From contig JBMNNQ010000002.1 in assembly GCA_050942615.1 (NCBI GenBank), positions 19,722 through 83,721 of the forward strand: a DNA stretch of 64,000 bases, in the 5' to 3' direction. Below, in pieces: positions 10,301 through 18,907 of the stretch; the first letter of the stretch is position 1, and each line of letters opens with the position of its first letter. Source of the DNA: Dethiobacteria bacterium. GTDB lineage: Bacteria; Bacillota; Dethiobacteria; DTU022; UBA8154. A program made the position numbers and the translations under genes. The notes under the pieces are model-generated. The model searched no databases. It saw only the letters and a program-made list of their open reading frames with translations, and had not been told where the DNA came from.

Positions 10301-11199
10301 ATTATGTGCGTAAACATACCCTTGCCCAGCTTGACGGCAAGCAAGACCAAGAGTCCTGGCGGGAGGCCACTTTGCGTATTTTTGCTGCCAAACCCGGCAC
10401 CTATTCTTCAGGGGTAAAATTAGCGGTTTATGCTGCGGCCTGGAAAGAAGAAAAAGATTTAGCAGATGTTTTCCTCTTTTGGAACGGCTACGCTTACGGC
10501 AAAGATGTTTATGGCCGGGAAGCCTTTAAACAGCTGCAATCAAGTTTAAGCACTGTGGATGTCACCTACAACAAAGTAGTTACTGATGAAAGTGATCTTT
10601 TTAGCTGCTGTTGCTACTTCGGTACCCATGGAGGCCTGACTGCTGCAGCCAGGGCCGCCTCCGGCAAAGACGTCAGGGTTTACTACGGGGATACCAGGGA
10701 ACCGGAACATGTAGAAGTAAGAACTTTGGCTGATGAAGTACGGCGTATAGTAAGAACAAAATTGCTCAACCCCAAGTGGATTGAAGGCCAGAAAAGGCAC
10801 GGCTATAAAGGAGCGGGTGATATTTCTAAAAGGATAGGGCGCGTTTATGGTTGGGAGGCTACCACCCGGGAGGTGGATGACTGGATCTTTGATGATATCA
10901 CCAGAACCTTTGTTTTAGACGAAGAAAACCGCAAATTTTTTGAGGAACATAACCCCTGGGCGATGGAGGAAATAGCCCGCCGTCTGTTAGAGGCCTACCA
11001 GCGCGGACTCTGGGATGCAGATCTGGAGGTGATCGATGGCCTAAAAGAATATTATCTGGATATTGAGGGTTGGATCGAAGAAAAAATGGGCGAAGTGCAG
11101 GGCGATTTCCAGGGAGGTGCTGTAGACATATTCACTCATGAAGAAGTGGCTGACTGGGGTGCCAAGATGCAGGAAATAAAAGAAAAATTAAAAAGTTAA
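7345..11199 (+). CDS. cobN: CobN/ChlH-family chelatase large subunit
   Basis: A 1285-aa protein (MTKITAILWQNHVTT...) with RBS AGGAGG 8 nt upstream of ATG 7345. The frame also includes an upstream ATG at 7135, so the ORF as drawn is longer. Conserved CobN/ChlH blocks are present (HVGTHGNLEFLPGK; RPRIDLTIRVSGITRDMF; YGDTREPEHVEVRTLADE). Confidence 0.85.
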   Translation: MTKITAILWQNHVTTMREAGKLLKNRYALQVYSARYLDEGKEDLVSARDDLADSDLILLYRSAGEAVWDELEMEVKRLGKPVVCLGHDPMLWLLSSVPLEIVDKCNTYVVYGGADNFAQMLNCLVAEVLGLQVDYEEPFAHPWEGIYHPRAPHYFDNLEDYLNWYKPRKAPTIGLLLARGYWVNDNIAVEKLLIELFEAQGYNVIPAFCYSVKDAELGTRGSAGVVQDFFFDREGRPVIKAMVKLISFFLESSRVTGVHEENVAAAGVDLLKKLDVPVFQPVVSYHRTIEEWTADPQGLSNEISWSISMPEFEGVIEPLYIGGIGGENDLEYRDPQPERCRHLVDRVHSWLRLAEKPTAERRVAFILHNNPCASVEATVGGGANLDTLESVARVLQQMQQKGYAVNIPADGRELIDNIMDHKAVSEFRWTTTDEIVSKGGALKLVPVEEYCAWFDTLSSHVRKRVTDAWGKPPGEELNGVPAAMVYAGKILVTGVQYGQAVICVQPKRGCAGPKCDGRVCKILHDPDIPPPHQYMATYRYIEHDFKADVIIHVGTHGNLEFLPGKGAGLSQDCYPDLGIGEIPHLYIYNADNPPEGVIAKRRSYAALVDHMQTVMTESGLYAELAELDRYLEEYEKAKVADPTRAHLLEHMIIEEIKKTNLDKQIPVAGGHENITEIIEEAHGILSSVRNTRIQDGMHVFGQLPEGEQRVSFINSILRFDAGQDVSLRRSIAALMGLDLSALITNQNSISLQYGKSHGALLEEIDLAGKEFIKYFLQGEKVSPALAHEVLGDRFYRPQALPLLHEVLPRVLDLNERIEASREIEALLSGFQGSYIPAGPSGLITRGRDDVLPTGRNFYSLDPHRVPTKAAWEVGKRLADKVLAKHLTEENRYPENIALYWMCTDIMWADGEGLGQMLYLLGVKPKWLPNGRVAGVEVIPPEELGRPRIDLTIRVSGITRDMFCNCVELLDEAISTVAALDEPVEQNYVRKHTLAQLDGKQDQESWREATLRIFAAKPGTYSSGVKLAVYAAAWKEEKDLADVFLFWNGYAYGKDVYGREAFKQLQSSLSTVDVTYNKVVTDESDLFSCCCYFGTHGGLTAAARAASGKDVRVYYGDTREPEHVEVRTLADEVRRIVRTKLLNPKWIEGQKRHGYKGAGDISKRIGRVYGWEATTREVDDWIFDDITRTFVLDEENRKFFEEHNPWAMEEIARRLLEAYQRGLWDADLEVIDGLKEYYLDIEGWIEEKMGEVQGDFQGGAVDIFTHEEVADWGAKMQEIKEKLKS

Positions 11200-11273
11200 G
11201 TGATGCTGCCCTGAGGGGTTCAAGCTATGATGTGTATAGGGAAAACGGGGGACTGAAAGGGGTGGATAATAAA

Positions 11274-12368
11274 TTGAGATTTAAAAAACATATAGCTTTC
11301 ACTCTACTATGTCTTTGGGGATGCTTTTTGCTGGCGGCCGGCTGTGGGGAGGGCGGTTCTCATCTAGAATCCGGAGGCAAACCTGGTAATGAATCTGTTA
11401 CTATTACTGATTCTGCCGGCAGAAGTGTGGTTGTGCCCCAGCCTTTGGAAAGGGCGGTTGTTTTATATACCGGTATGGCGGAAGCGGTGAATATAATAAA
11501 GGCGCAGGATAAGGTTGTCGGTGTAGATATGAGTGTACAAACGCACCCCTACTTAGGTATGCAAAATAAAGTATCGGTGGGGGAAAGTACGCAGCCCAAC
11601 TATGAAAGAATTGCTGAGCTCAGGCCGCAAGCAGTTGTTGTGCCGGCTAGTATCGGCCCCATCCCTGTTCAGGAAATAACCGAAAAACTGGAACCGGCAG
11701 GGATCAGGGTTGTGCTTTTGGATATTCACAAACCGGAAACAAGCGAAGATGCCCTAAAAATATTGGCCAAAATCTTTGCAAAAGAAAAAGAAGCGGCAGA
11801 ATTTTTAAAATGGAAGGCTGCACAAATAGCAATATTAGACAAGGTAAACAGCTTGCAGGCAGAACAAAAAACAAGTGTTTTTACCACAACTACAACGAAT
11901 TTTGAACTTGAAAAATGGAATACTTCAGGCACCGGTCTGGCTGCACACCAGACAATTGAATTGGCCGGCGGAATTAACGCGGCCCGGGAACTGCAAGGTT
12001 CGGTTTCCGTGAGTCCGGAATGGATTTTGGAACAAAACCCCGGCGCCCTGGTTTTTAATGACCGTGCAGACAACATTGTGGGTTTTACAGTGAAGGATTT
12101 TGAAAAGGCAGAACAATTTAAAGCAAAGGTAGAGGCTCATTCAATATTTAGCAATACAGCTGCTGCACAAGAAAGCCGGATCTGCATTATTGATAACAGT
12201 ATTTTTAGCGGTGACAAATCCTTCCTGGGGGCGCTCTACTTGGCCAAGTGGCTGTACCCCGATCAGTTCCGGGACGTGGATCCCAACGCAGCTTTGCAAG
12301 AGTACTTTGAAAGATGGGTGGGCATAACTTTTCAGGGGCTATGGATCTATCCATCTACATCAGAATAG
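11274..12368 (+). CDS. Periplasmic-binding-protein lipoprotein (PBP paralog 2)
   Basis: Lipobox LLAAGCG. Motifs VPQPLERAVV, ELRPQAVV and LAKWLYPDQFRDVDPNAALQEYFERWVGITFQGLWIYP. The start is uncertain: ATG 11232 or TTG 11274 with GGGGTGG upstream. Confidence 0.75.
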   Translation: MRFKKHIAFTLLCLWGCFLLAAGCGEGGSHLESGGKPGNESVTITDSAGRSVVVPQPLERAVVLYTGMAEAVNIIKAQDKVVGVDMSVQTHPYLGMQNKVSVGESTQPNYERIAELRPQAVVVPASIGPIPVQEITEKLEPAGIRVVLLDIHKPETSEDALKILAKIFAKEKEAAEFLKWKAAQIAILDKVNSLQAEQKTSVFTTTTTNFELEKWNTSGTGLAAHQTIELAGGINAARELQGSVSVSPEWILEQNPGALVFNDRADNIVGFTVKDFEKAEQFKAKVEAHSIFSNTAAAQESRICIIDNSIFSGDKSFLGALYLAKWLYPDQFRDVDPNAALQEYFERWVGITFQGLWIYPSTSE

Positions 12369-12430
12369 AAAAAGCTGAAACTGCCTTGGTTTCTGAAAAC
12401 TGTTTAAGTATTTTTAGGAAAGGATAATTA

Positions 12431-13507
12431 ATGATGTCAAGAAAAAATTTATTTTTCGTCTTGTTCTGCATGCTGTGTTGTTTAACAGCGTTAACGCCCG
12501 GTTGTGGCCAAAGTGAATCTCAAATAGGGCCGGGGGTTAAGCCCGTTGTGATTGTTGATTCGGCGGGCAGGAGCGTGGAACTGCCCCAGCCTTTGGAAAA
12601 GGTAGTTATTCTTAACACCGATGTGGCTGAAGCTATGCGTATTTTAAAGGTTCATCACAACGTTTTAGGTGTTAGCGATACCATTCAAAAGGATCCTTAT
12701 CTTGGTTTGCAGGACAGGGATTTTATAGGGAAATGGAACACCCCCAACTATGAAAAAATCGTTGAATTAAAGCCACAGGTTGTTGTCTCTTATAGTGGAA
12801 CACCCGGTCTGGAATTAGCAGAAAAATTAGAGCCAGCCGGGATAAAGGTGGTTTTTTTAGATTTATTTAAACCTGAAACATATAATGATGATCTTAAAAC
12901 TTTGGGTAAAATGTTTGGGAAAGAAGAAGAAGCAAATTCATTTATCAAGTGGAAAGATGAAAAAATAGTGATGTTGGAACGGTTAAATGATTTAAAAACA
13001 GAACAAAAACCAAAGGTTTTTGGGATGTGGGCCAGTAACTTTCAAAAAGAACAGTGGAAGACCTTTGCTACAGGCACTTCCGTACACCAGGGTATCGAAA
13101 TGGCGGGTGGAATTAATATAGCACGTAAAATGGAAAATTACCCTGAAGTTAGCCCGGAATGGATCTTGCAGCAAGACCCGCATGTAGTTATTATGGCCCT
13201 GGCCGAAAAAAACGACTTAGGCTATAAGGCGACAAATCTATCCAGCGCTGAAGGACTACAAGAAGACATTGTTAACCATAAGGTTTTTAACAAAACAACG
13301 GCTGCCAGAGAAAAACGGGTATATTTTGTTAGCACCAGCATGCTGGGCGGTGATAAAACATATCTGGGGGCGCTGTACCTGGCCAAATGGTTCTACCCGG
13401 ACCGGTTTATGGATGTGGAGCCCGATCAGGTTTTGCAAGAATACTTTGAAACGTGGTTGGACGTACCTTTTCAGGGTAAATGGGCCTTTCCCCCGGTATT
13501 AGATTAG
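12431..13507 (+). CDS. Periplasmic-binding-protein lipoprotein (PBP paralog 3)
   Basis: RBS AGGAAAGGA precedes ATG 12431. Lipobox LTPGCGQ. Motifs LPQPLEKVVI, ELKPQVVV and LAKWFYPDRFMDVEPDQVLQEYFETWLDVPFQGKWAFP. Confidence 0.8.
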   Translation: MMSRKNLFFVLFCMLCCLTALTPGCGQSESQIGPGVKPVVIVDSAGRSVELPQPLEKVVILNTDVAEAMRILKVHHNVLGVSDTIQKDPYLGLQDRDFIGKWNTPNYEKIVELKPQVVVSYSGTPGLELAEKLEPAGIKVVFLDLFKPETYNDDLKTLGKMFGKEEEANSFIKWKDEKIVMLERLNDLKTEQKPKVFGMWASNFQKEQWKTFATGTSVHQGIEMAGGINIARKMENYPEVSPEWILQQDPHVVIMALAEKNDLGYKATNLSSAEGLQEDIVNHKVFNKTTAAREKRVYFVSTSMLGGDKTYLGALYLAKWFYPDRFMDVEPDQVLQEYFETWLDVPFQGKWAFPPVLD

Positions 13508-13649
13508 GATGGCATCCCTTTTGGGCACACTGGATCAAAATCAGGAAATATTTAAAAAAATATAATTTTAAAAACCCCCTTGCGCATTCTTGTGATATGT
13601 TGTAAAATAGGCCATAACAAATGAATATAAAAAAGCTTTGAAGGAGAAA

Positions 13650-13948
13650 AGTAGATTGGGGTACTTCCTGCAGAAAGGCGGGGGCCAAAGGCTGTGAGCC
13701 CCCCCGGAAGGAGCCAGTTGAAGTTCACTCCGGAGCTTCCGTTTGAAATCCCTGCAGGGAGAGTAGGGCGCTGACGGGTTCTCACCCGTTATCCCAGAGG
13801 AGGAATAAGACCTCCATGTCTGCTGTAATTAACGGCAGGTCAGGAATTTGTTCCTTAATGCCAAGAGGGCCGTGTGCCGATAGGCACCGGTCAAATAGGG
13901 TGGTACCGCGGAAGATAATTCGCCCCTTAAGGGGGCGATTTTTATTTT
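13650..13948 (+). promoter_or_regulatory. T-box leader (tRNA-sensing riboswitch) with antiterminator/terminator
   Basis: Canonical T-box sequence AATAGGGTGGTACCGCGG at 13894-13911. It builds the antiterminator GGG-[UGGUACC bulge]-GCG..CGC-CCC. The competing terminator is CGCCCC-UUAA-GGGGGCG plus a U-run (13921-13948). Upstream: an F-box CCGUUA (13786-13791), a GNUGA box GCUGA (13770-13774), GAGAGUA (13759-13765) and a stem III hairpin GUGCC/GGCAC (13873-13888). The 5' boundary and the specifier codon cannot be fixed by eye. Confidence 0.75.
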
Positions 13949-14117
13949 CAGGATTTAAGGCCTGGTGTTTGCTGCTTTCGTCCCTAATGAAAAATGCAGT
14001 AAACACTTTTTTATTTTTTAAAACAGCAACAGACATACGCCCGGAAAAGATATTAAAAAAACCTGTCCGGCGCTTACAGGAACAAAGTTTCAAATTAATA
14101 GGGAGGGGCATCTAAAA

Positions 14118-15701
14118 ATGAATTTTGGCCGTTACGGTATTCTCAATGCCAAGAGGTACCCGCATAAAGAATTTCTTGTAGAGCAGAAGCCGTCTGAAAG
14201 GGAAAGAAGGTCGCTGACCTGGAAGGAATTCAACACCGCAACAAATAAAGTTGCCAATTACCTGCGGGATCACTTAGGGGTGCAAAAGGGTGACTTTGTA
14301 CTTCACCTGCAGATGAACAGCTTGGAATGGGTGATCACCTTTCATGCTATTTTAAGAATCGGGGCGGTGGCGGTCCCCCTTAACTTCCGTTTTGCTGCCA
14401 ATGATATTCAACATGCTGCTGCAGCATGCAATCCCAAGGCTTTTATTTTAGGCGAGGGCTTTTTACCCAAGGTGGAACCCATCAAAAACACACTGGAAAG
14501 TATCAGCGCATACATTTGTATCGGCGAGTGTGTTCCCGCCGGGATGGTTTCTTACCATGATATTATCAAAACCGGTAACCCTAAGGATGTGCTGGTTGAT
14601 GTGCAAAAAGATGATCCGGCGGAACTGATGTTTACCTCTGGGACGACAGGCCCCCCCAAGCCGGTTTGCCATTCGCATGACACCCTTTACCAAATAGGTG
14701 TCGGGAATGCCCTGACTTATAGCGAAGGGCAGGACACAGTTTATTTAGCGCCCCACCCTTTTTACCACAGCGGCAGTTTCTTTTTGTCCTTTCCTTCTTA
14801 TCTTGCGGGCGGCAAGATTGTTATGTTGCTGGAATTGAATGATCCGAGCTACTTATTGGCAACAATTTGCGATGAAAAGGTTAATAACGGCTGGGTGGCT
14901 GTTCCTATCATGTCTGATTCCATAAACGCCGTTAAAAAAGGCTTGATTGATCTCTCCCGGTACGACTTTTCACATGTTACCGGCAGCATTGTAATCGGTG
15001 CGCAGCCGGTTCCCTTTTCACTCTTTCAGGATATGAAAAGGCTTTTACCCTTTAAAACAGGTAATATTTATGGTATTACAGAAGGCGGCGGCGGCGGGCT
15101 GATCAACCTTTGTGATGAGGATATTTTAACAAAACCCGGCTCCATCGGTAAGCCCACCTTTAATACCGAGGCGCGGATTGTTGATGAAAACGGAAAGGAT
15201 GTACCTGTCGGGGAGGTTGGGGAGTTAATTTTGTACGGTTCAAGAAATATGAAGGAATATTTTAGAAACCCCGCTATGACTGCGTCTGCCTTACAGGACG
15301 GTTGGCTTTATACCGGGGATCTGGCCAGGAAAGATGAAGATGGTTATTTCTATATTGTGGATCGGAAAAAGGATCTGATTATTCGCGGCGGTGAAAACAT
15401 CTTTCCCGTGGAAATCGAAGACTGCCTGCGGCATCATGCCAAAATTAGGGATGTGGCGGTGATCGGTTATCCCCATCCCCGGCTGGTAGAAATAGCGATG
15501 GCCATCGTGCAGCTGCATCCGGGGGAAACAATGGAGGAAAAAGAGGTAGTTGAATTTTGTGCCCGGCATGGCTTGGCTAAATTTAAATGGCCCGAACGCG
15601 TTGTGTTTGATATTGTGTTGCGCAATGATACCGGTAAAATTAATAAACCCAAACTGCGGGAAAAATACCTAAGCCATGAAAAAGTTGCTGCCGTTAAATA
15701 A
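14118..15701 (+). CDS. AMP-dependent synthetase/ligase (acyl-CoA ligase, FadD/MenE-like)
   Basis: ANL-superfamily motifs FTSGTTGPPKPV, GITEGGGGG, YTGDLARKDEDGYFYIVDRKKDLIIRGGENIFPVEIE. RBS AGGGAGGGG lies upstream of ATG 14118. Confidence 0.8.
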   Translation: MNFGRYGILNAKRYPHKEFLVEQKPSERERRSLTWKEFNTATNKVANYLRDHLGVQKGDFVLHLQMNSLEWVITFHAILRIGAVAVPLNFRFAANDIQHAAAACNPKAFILGEGFLPKVEPIKNTLESISAYICIGECVPAGMVSYHDIIKTGNPKDVLVDVQKDDPAELMFTSGTTGPPKPVCHSHDTLYQIGVGNALTYSEGQDTVYLAPHPFYHSGSFFLSFPSYLAGGKIVMLLELNDPSYLLATICDEKVNNGWVAVPIMSDSINAVKKGLIDLSRYDFSHVTGSIVIGAQPVPFSLFQDMKRLLPFKTGNIYGITEGGGGGLINLCDEDILTKPGSIGKPTFNTEARIVDENGKDVPVGEVGELILYGSRNMKEYFRNPAMTASALQDGWLYTGDLARKDEDGYFYIVDRKKDLIIRGGENIFPVEIEDCLRHHAKIRDVAVIGYPHPRLVEIAMAIVQLHPGETMEEKEVVEFCARHGLAKFKWPERVVFDIVLRNDTGKINKPKLREKYLSHEKVAAVK

Positions 15702-15740
15702 TCCCCGGACAGGGCTGTTCTTTTTGCTTACAGCCTGTGT

Positions 15741-16454
15741 TTGTTCTATAATGTAATTATGGTTCAGGGGGGGGTGGAGAAAGCAGTTTTCAAACGCTGC
15801 ATGGCTGTTATGGACGAATTATTTCTTAAAAAGCAAACGTGTTTGTTGTGTGCTGCAAAATTTAAAAGCAGCAGGGTTAAAAGAAGTAAACAGCACCTGT
15901 TAAAAAGGGATTCCGACTTTTGTGTACACTATAAGGGTAAAAACCCCGATTTTTATAACGTTTTTGTCTGCCCGCAGTGCGGTTACGGTTTTTCTGAAAA
16001 CTTTAAAATTCCTGCAGTGGAGAAAATAAAGATAATTAAAACAGAGATTAAACCCCCGGCAGATGATTTATGCGGTTTGCGTACGGTGGAGCAGGCTATT
16101 CAGGCCTACCAGACTGCATTAAAGTGTGCTCTGCTGGGGGAAGAAAGGGAAACCATTATCGCAGGCATATATCTTCACCTGGCCTGGTTTAACAGGTTTA
16201 TAAAAAATGAAGACGCCGAAGTTGAAAATTTAGAAAAAGCAATGCACTATTATGAAAAAGCAATCACCACAGACCGGAAATTGGAAAACCCGGCCACTGT
16301 TTTTTATTTAATTGGTGAAATAAGCAGTAGAACCGGTGATGATAAAAGGGCAGTGAAATTTTTTGCCCGTATCGTTAATGATAAAAAAATAAAAAACCCC
16401 AATATTATCAGAATGGCCCGGGAAAGGTGGCAGGAAATTCGTGCTGCCCGGTGA
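15741..16454 (+). CDS. Zinc-ribbon/TPR-like protein of unknown function (DUF2225-like)
   Basis: Contains CxxC...CPQCGYGFSENF zinc-ribbon spacing followed by a helical repeat region. No strong RBS; alternative ATG at 15759. Confidence 0.5.
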   Translation: MFYNVIMVQGGVEKAVFKRCMAVMDELFLKKQTCLLCAAKFKSSRVKRSKQHLLKRDSDFCVHYKGKNPDFYNVFVCPQCGYGFSENFKIPAVEKIKIIKTEIKPPADDLCGLRTVEQAIQAYQTALKCALLGEERETIIAGIYLHLAWFNRFIKNEDAEVENLEKAMHYYEKAITTDRKLENPATVFYLIGEISSRTGDDKRAVKFFARIVNDKKIKNPNIIRMARERWQEIRAAR

Positions 16455-16645
16455 AAGGATAATTTTAGTTTTCTTTGAGTGGCATTTTAATATGGGGAGG
16501 GTGATTGAAAACCTGTTATTAAAGGGTTGTCCCCTGCAATTTCCATGAACCTTAGTAGGGGGGCATCTTAAAAACTGTTTCCGCAGGAAGTGAATATGCT
16601 ATTAACTGGTGTCCAAGGCCTTCCCTTTGCTTGTGGGGAAGGCCT

Positions 16646-18433
16646 TTATTTATCAATTTCCAACTTATAATTTCTAACTTTTTTAATGACGGCTGTATGT
16701 GAAATGCCCAGGTGTCTGGAGGCTTTCCGAAATGAACCGTATTTTCTGATTGCGTTTTCCAAAATGATTTTTTCCAGTTCTTCGCGGGCTTTCTTGAGAT
16801 TCATGTTTGCATAATTGAAATTAAACGCAGTGTTTACCCCGGTGTCATGGCTTTCGGACGGTTCAACCTCACCCGTAACTGCATTGCTTTTAGCTGCTTC
16901 AACCTCAGCAATTATATTGCCGGGCAGGTCTGATTTTTGCAGCGTATCCCCGTCACAAACGATCACCATTCTTTCCACCACATTTTTTAATTCCCTGACG
17001 TTTCCCGGCCAACTGTACCTTGTTAGCAGGTTGACTGTTACCGGGGAAAAGGTTTTTTGCAGCCGGTATTTTTTGTTATATTTACCCAAATAGAACGACA
17101 GTAATAGCGGGATGTCCCCCGTTCTTGCCCTTAATGGGGGGACTACAACCGGCAAAACATGCAGGCGGTAAAACAAATCTGCCCGGAATTCCCCCTTTTT
17201 GGTTTTATTTTTCAGATCATGGTTGGTGGCGGCAATGATGCGTGTATCGATACCGACAGGATTTACACCGCCTAACCGCAACACTTTTGTGTCCTCCAGA
17301 ATACGCAACAGCTTTGCCTGCATAGCAAGGGGTAGATCCCCAATTTCATCTAGAAACAGCGTGCCCTGGTCAGCTATTTCAAATGCTCCCGGTTTGCCCT
17401 GTTTATTTGCCCCTGTAAACGCCCCGGCTTCATAGCCGAAAAGTTCAGATTCCAACAATTGTTCCGGGATGGCACTGCAGTTAATTTTTATTAATTTTCC
17501 CTGTCTTAAACTCCATTTATGAATTTTTTCTACAATTATTTCTTTTCCTACCCCGGATTCGCCTAAAATAAGAATATTGGATTGGGTGGCGGCCACCTTT
17601 TTAACAAGCTCTAAAAGCTCCAGCATTGCGGTGTCACCGGTTAGAAACAGTTTTTCTTTTTTTAACTTTTTGCCCCCTGAACTGCCTCCGGTAACATTGG
17701 TTTTAAAGAGGTTGGGCAACCAAAAGGCGTCTTTCAGTTCCAGCTGCACTTTAATGAAAGCGGTAATATCCTTGACAGTGCTGGCCACCGTCAAGACCTC
17801 GCCATTTTTATTGATTACCGGCACGGCGTTGATGGCCAGCTCTTTCCCTGTACAAATTTTTTGAAAGTCGGTCACAATTTGTTTTTTATTTAGGGAAGTA
17901 AGGGCAATGGAGTTGCATTTGATGAGACCCTGTTTAAAAAGGGTGTCCATGTCTTTTTTTAAAAAGTCCCCGGCGGTCAGTCCCGTATCGCGCAGCAGTG
18001 AGCTGTTAACCTTGCAGACTGTTCCCTCCTTGTCCAGGAATAATATCCCGTGGTTGATAGCATCTACAACAGCATCAACCCCCACCTCTTTTTTGATGGT
18101 TTTGGCAATTTCAGTAGTTATTCTTTCAATAGCTGTGATTTCTTTAAATATGGAAAGGGCCCCCAATACCTTCCCGTCTTCACAAACGGGTATTCTATTT
18201 ACAAGAAATATTTTGTTGTTGAAAATAAACTTTTCCAGCAGTTGAGGCTGTCCTGTCTGTAAAACCCTTGTTAAGCCGTTATCGTTAAAAACATTTTTCC
18301 ATGACTTACCGCTTAAATTTTGTTTTATTTCCAACAAAGTCAAGAAGGTTTTATTGCAGAAAACAATTTTTTGCCGTTTATCAACGGCAAGAATACCGTA
18401 CTTAAATAAATCTAATAACTGTCTAAATGGCAA
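16646..18433 (-). CDS. Sigma-54-dependent transcriptional activator with tandem PAS sensor domains (no receiver domain)
   Basis: Central AAA+ sigma-54 interaction domain (GESGVGKE, ESELFGYEAGAFTGA, GNVRELKN) and a C-terminal Fis-type HTH (RHLGISHTAVIKKVR). The N-terminal ~250 aa contain two PAS-like modules. Confidence 0.85.
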   Translation of the reverse strand: MPFRQLLDLFKYGILAVDKRQKIVFCNKTFLTLLEIKQNLSGKSWKNVFNDNGLTRVLQTGQPQLLEKFIFNNKIFLVNRIPVCEDGKVLGALSIFKEITAIERITTEIAKTIKKEVGVDAVVDAINHGILFLDKEGTVCKVNSSLLRDTGLTAGDFLKKDMDTLFKQGLIKCNSIALTSLNKKQIVTDFQKICTGKELAINAVPVINKNGEVLTVASTVKDITAFIKVQLELKDAFWLPNLFKTNVTGGSSGGKKLKKEKLFLTGDTAMLELLELVKKVAATQSNILILGESGVGKEIIVEKIHKWSLRQGKLIKINCSAIPEQLLESELFGYEAGAFTGANKQGKPGAFEIADQGTLFLDEIGDLPLAMQAKLLRILEDTKVLRLGGVNPVGIDTRIIAATNHDLKNKTKKGEFRADLFYRLHVLPVVVPPLRARTGDIPLLLSFYLGKYNKKYRLQKTFSPVTVNLLTRYSWPGNVRELKNVVERMVIVCDGDTLQKSDLPGNIIAEVEAAKSNAVTGEVEPSESHDTGVNTAFNFNYANMNLKKAREELEKIILENAIRKYGSFRKASRHLGISHTAVIKKVRNYKLEIDK

Positions 18434-18840
18434 GTGTGTCTCGCCCCCCTTTTTTAAGGGTGGAAACTTTAGTAACCGTTGTAAGTTTCCAAAGTTTATA
18501 CTTCTTTAATTTTAACATAATTTATTATTATTGTAAATATTCTCAAAAGAGCAGTCTAACCTTTACTTAAGTAACCTTTTTCTCTTTGGGTGCCAACGTT
18601 TTGGAAACCAATAGTTCCAGGTAAATTCTATTTGGAAACAATTGGTGCCAATAAACCGATCCCGGCCACTGTTTTGTTTCAGAATCCCCGCTAAGATCCA
18701 GGAAACCTTGAAGGTTTAAATAATAAAGACTTTTACTGACAAATGTAAATATTTATTTGCAGGGTTTTTAGCGGTTAACAGCCTATTTTTAAGCTTTTGT
18801 ATGCTTTAAGGTTGTTTGTAACAACAAAGCTAATGGTTGG

Positions 18841-18856
18841 TGGCATAAAAGTTGCA
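18841..18856 (+). promoter_or_regulatory. Sigma-54 (-24/-12) promoter for the downstream ligase gene
   Basis: TGGCATaaaagTTGCA matches TGGCAC-N5-TTGCW at 15 of 16 positions with exact GG..GC spacing. It lies about 50 nt upstream of ATG 18908 and divergent from the sigma-54 activator gene. Confidence 0.6.
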
Positions 18857-18907
18857 TTAAGAATAATTAGAACATAAAAAATATTGGAAATAAGGGGAGG
18901 TTTAAAA

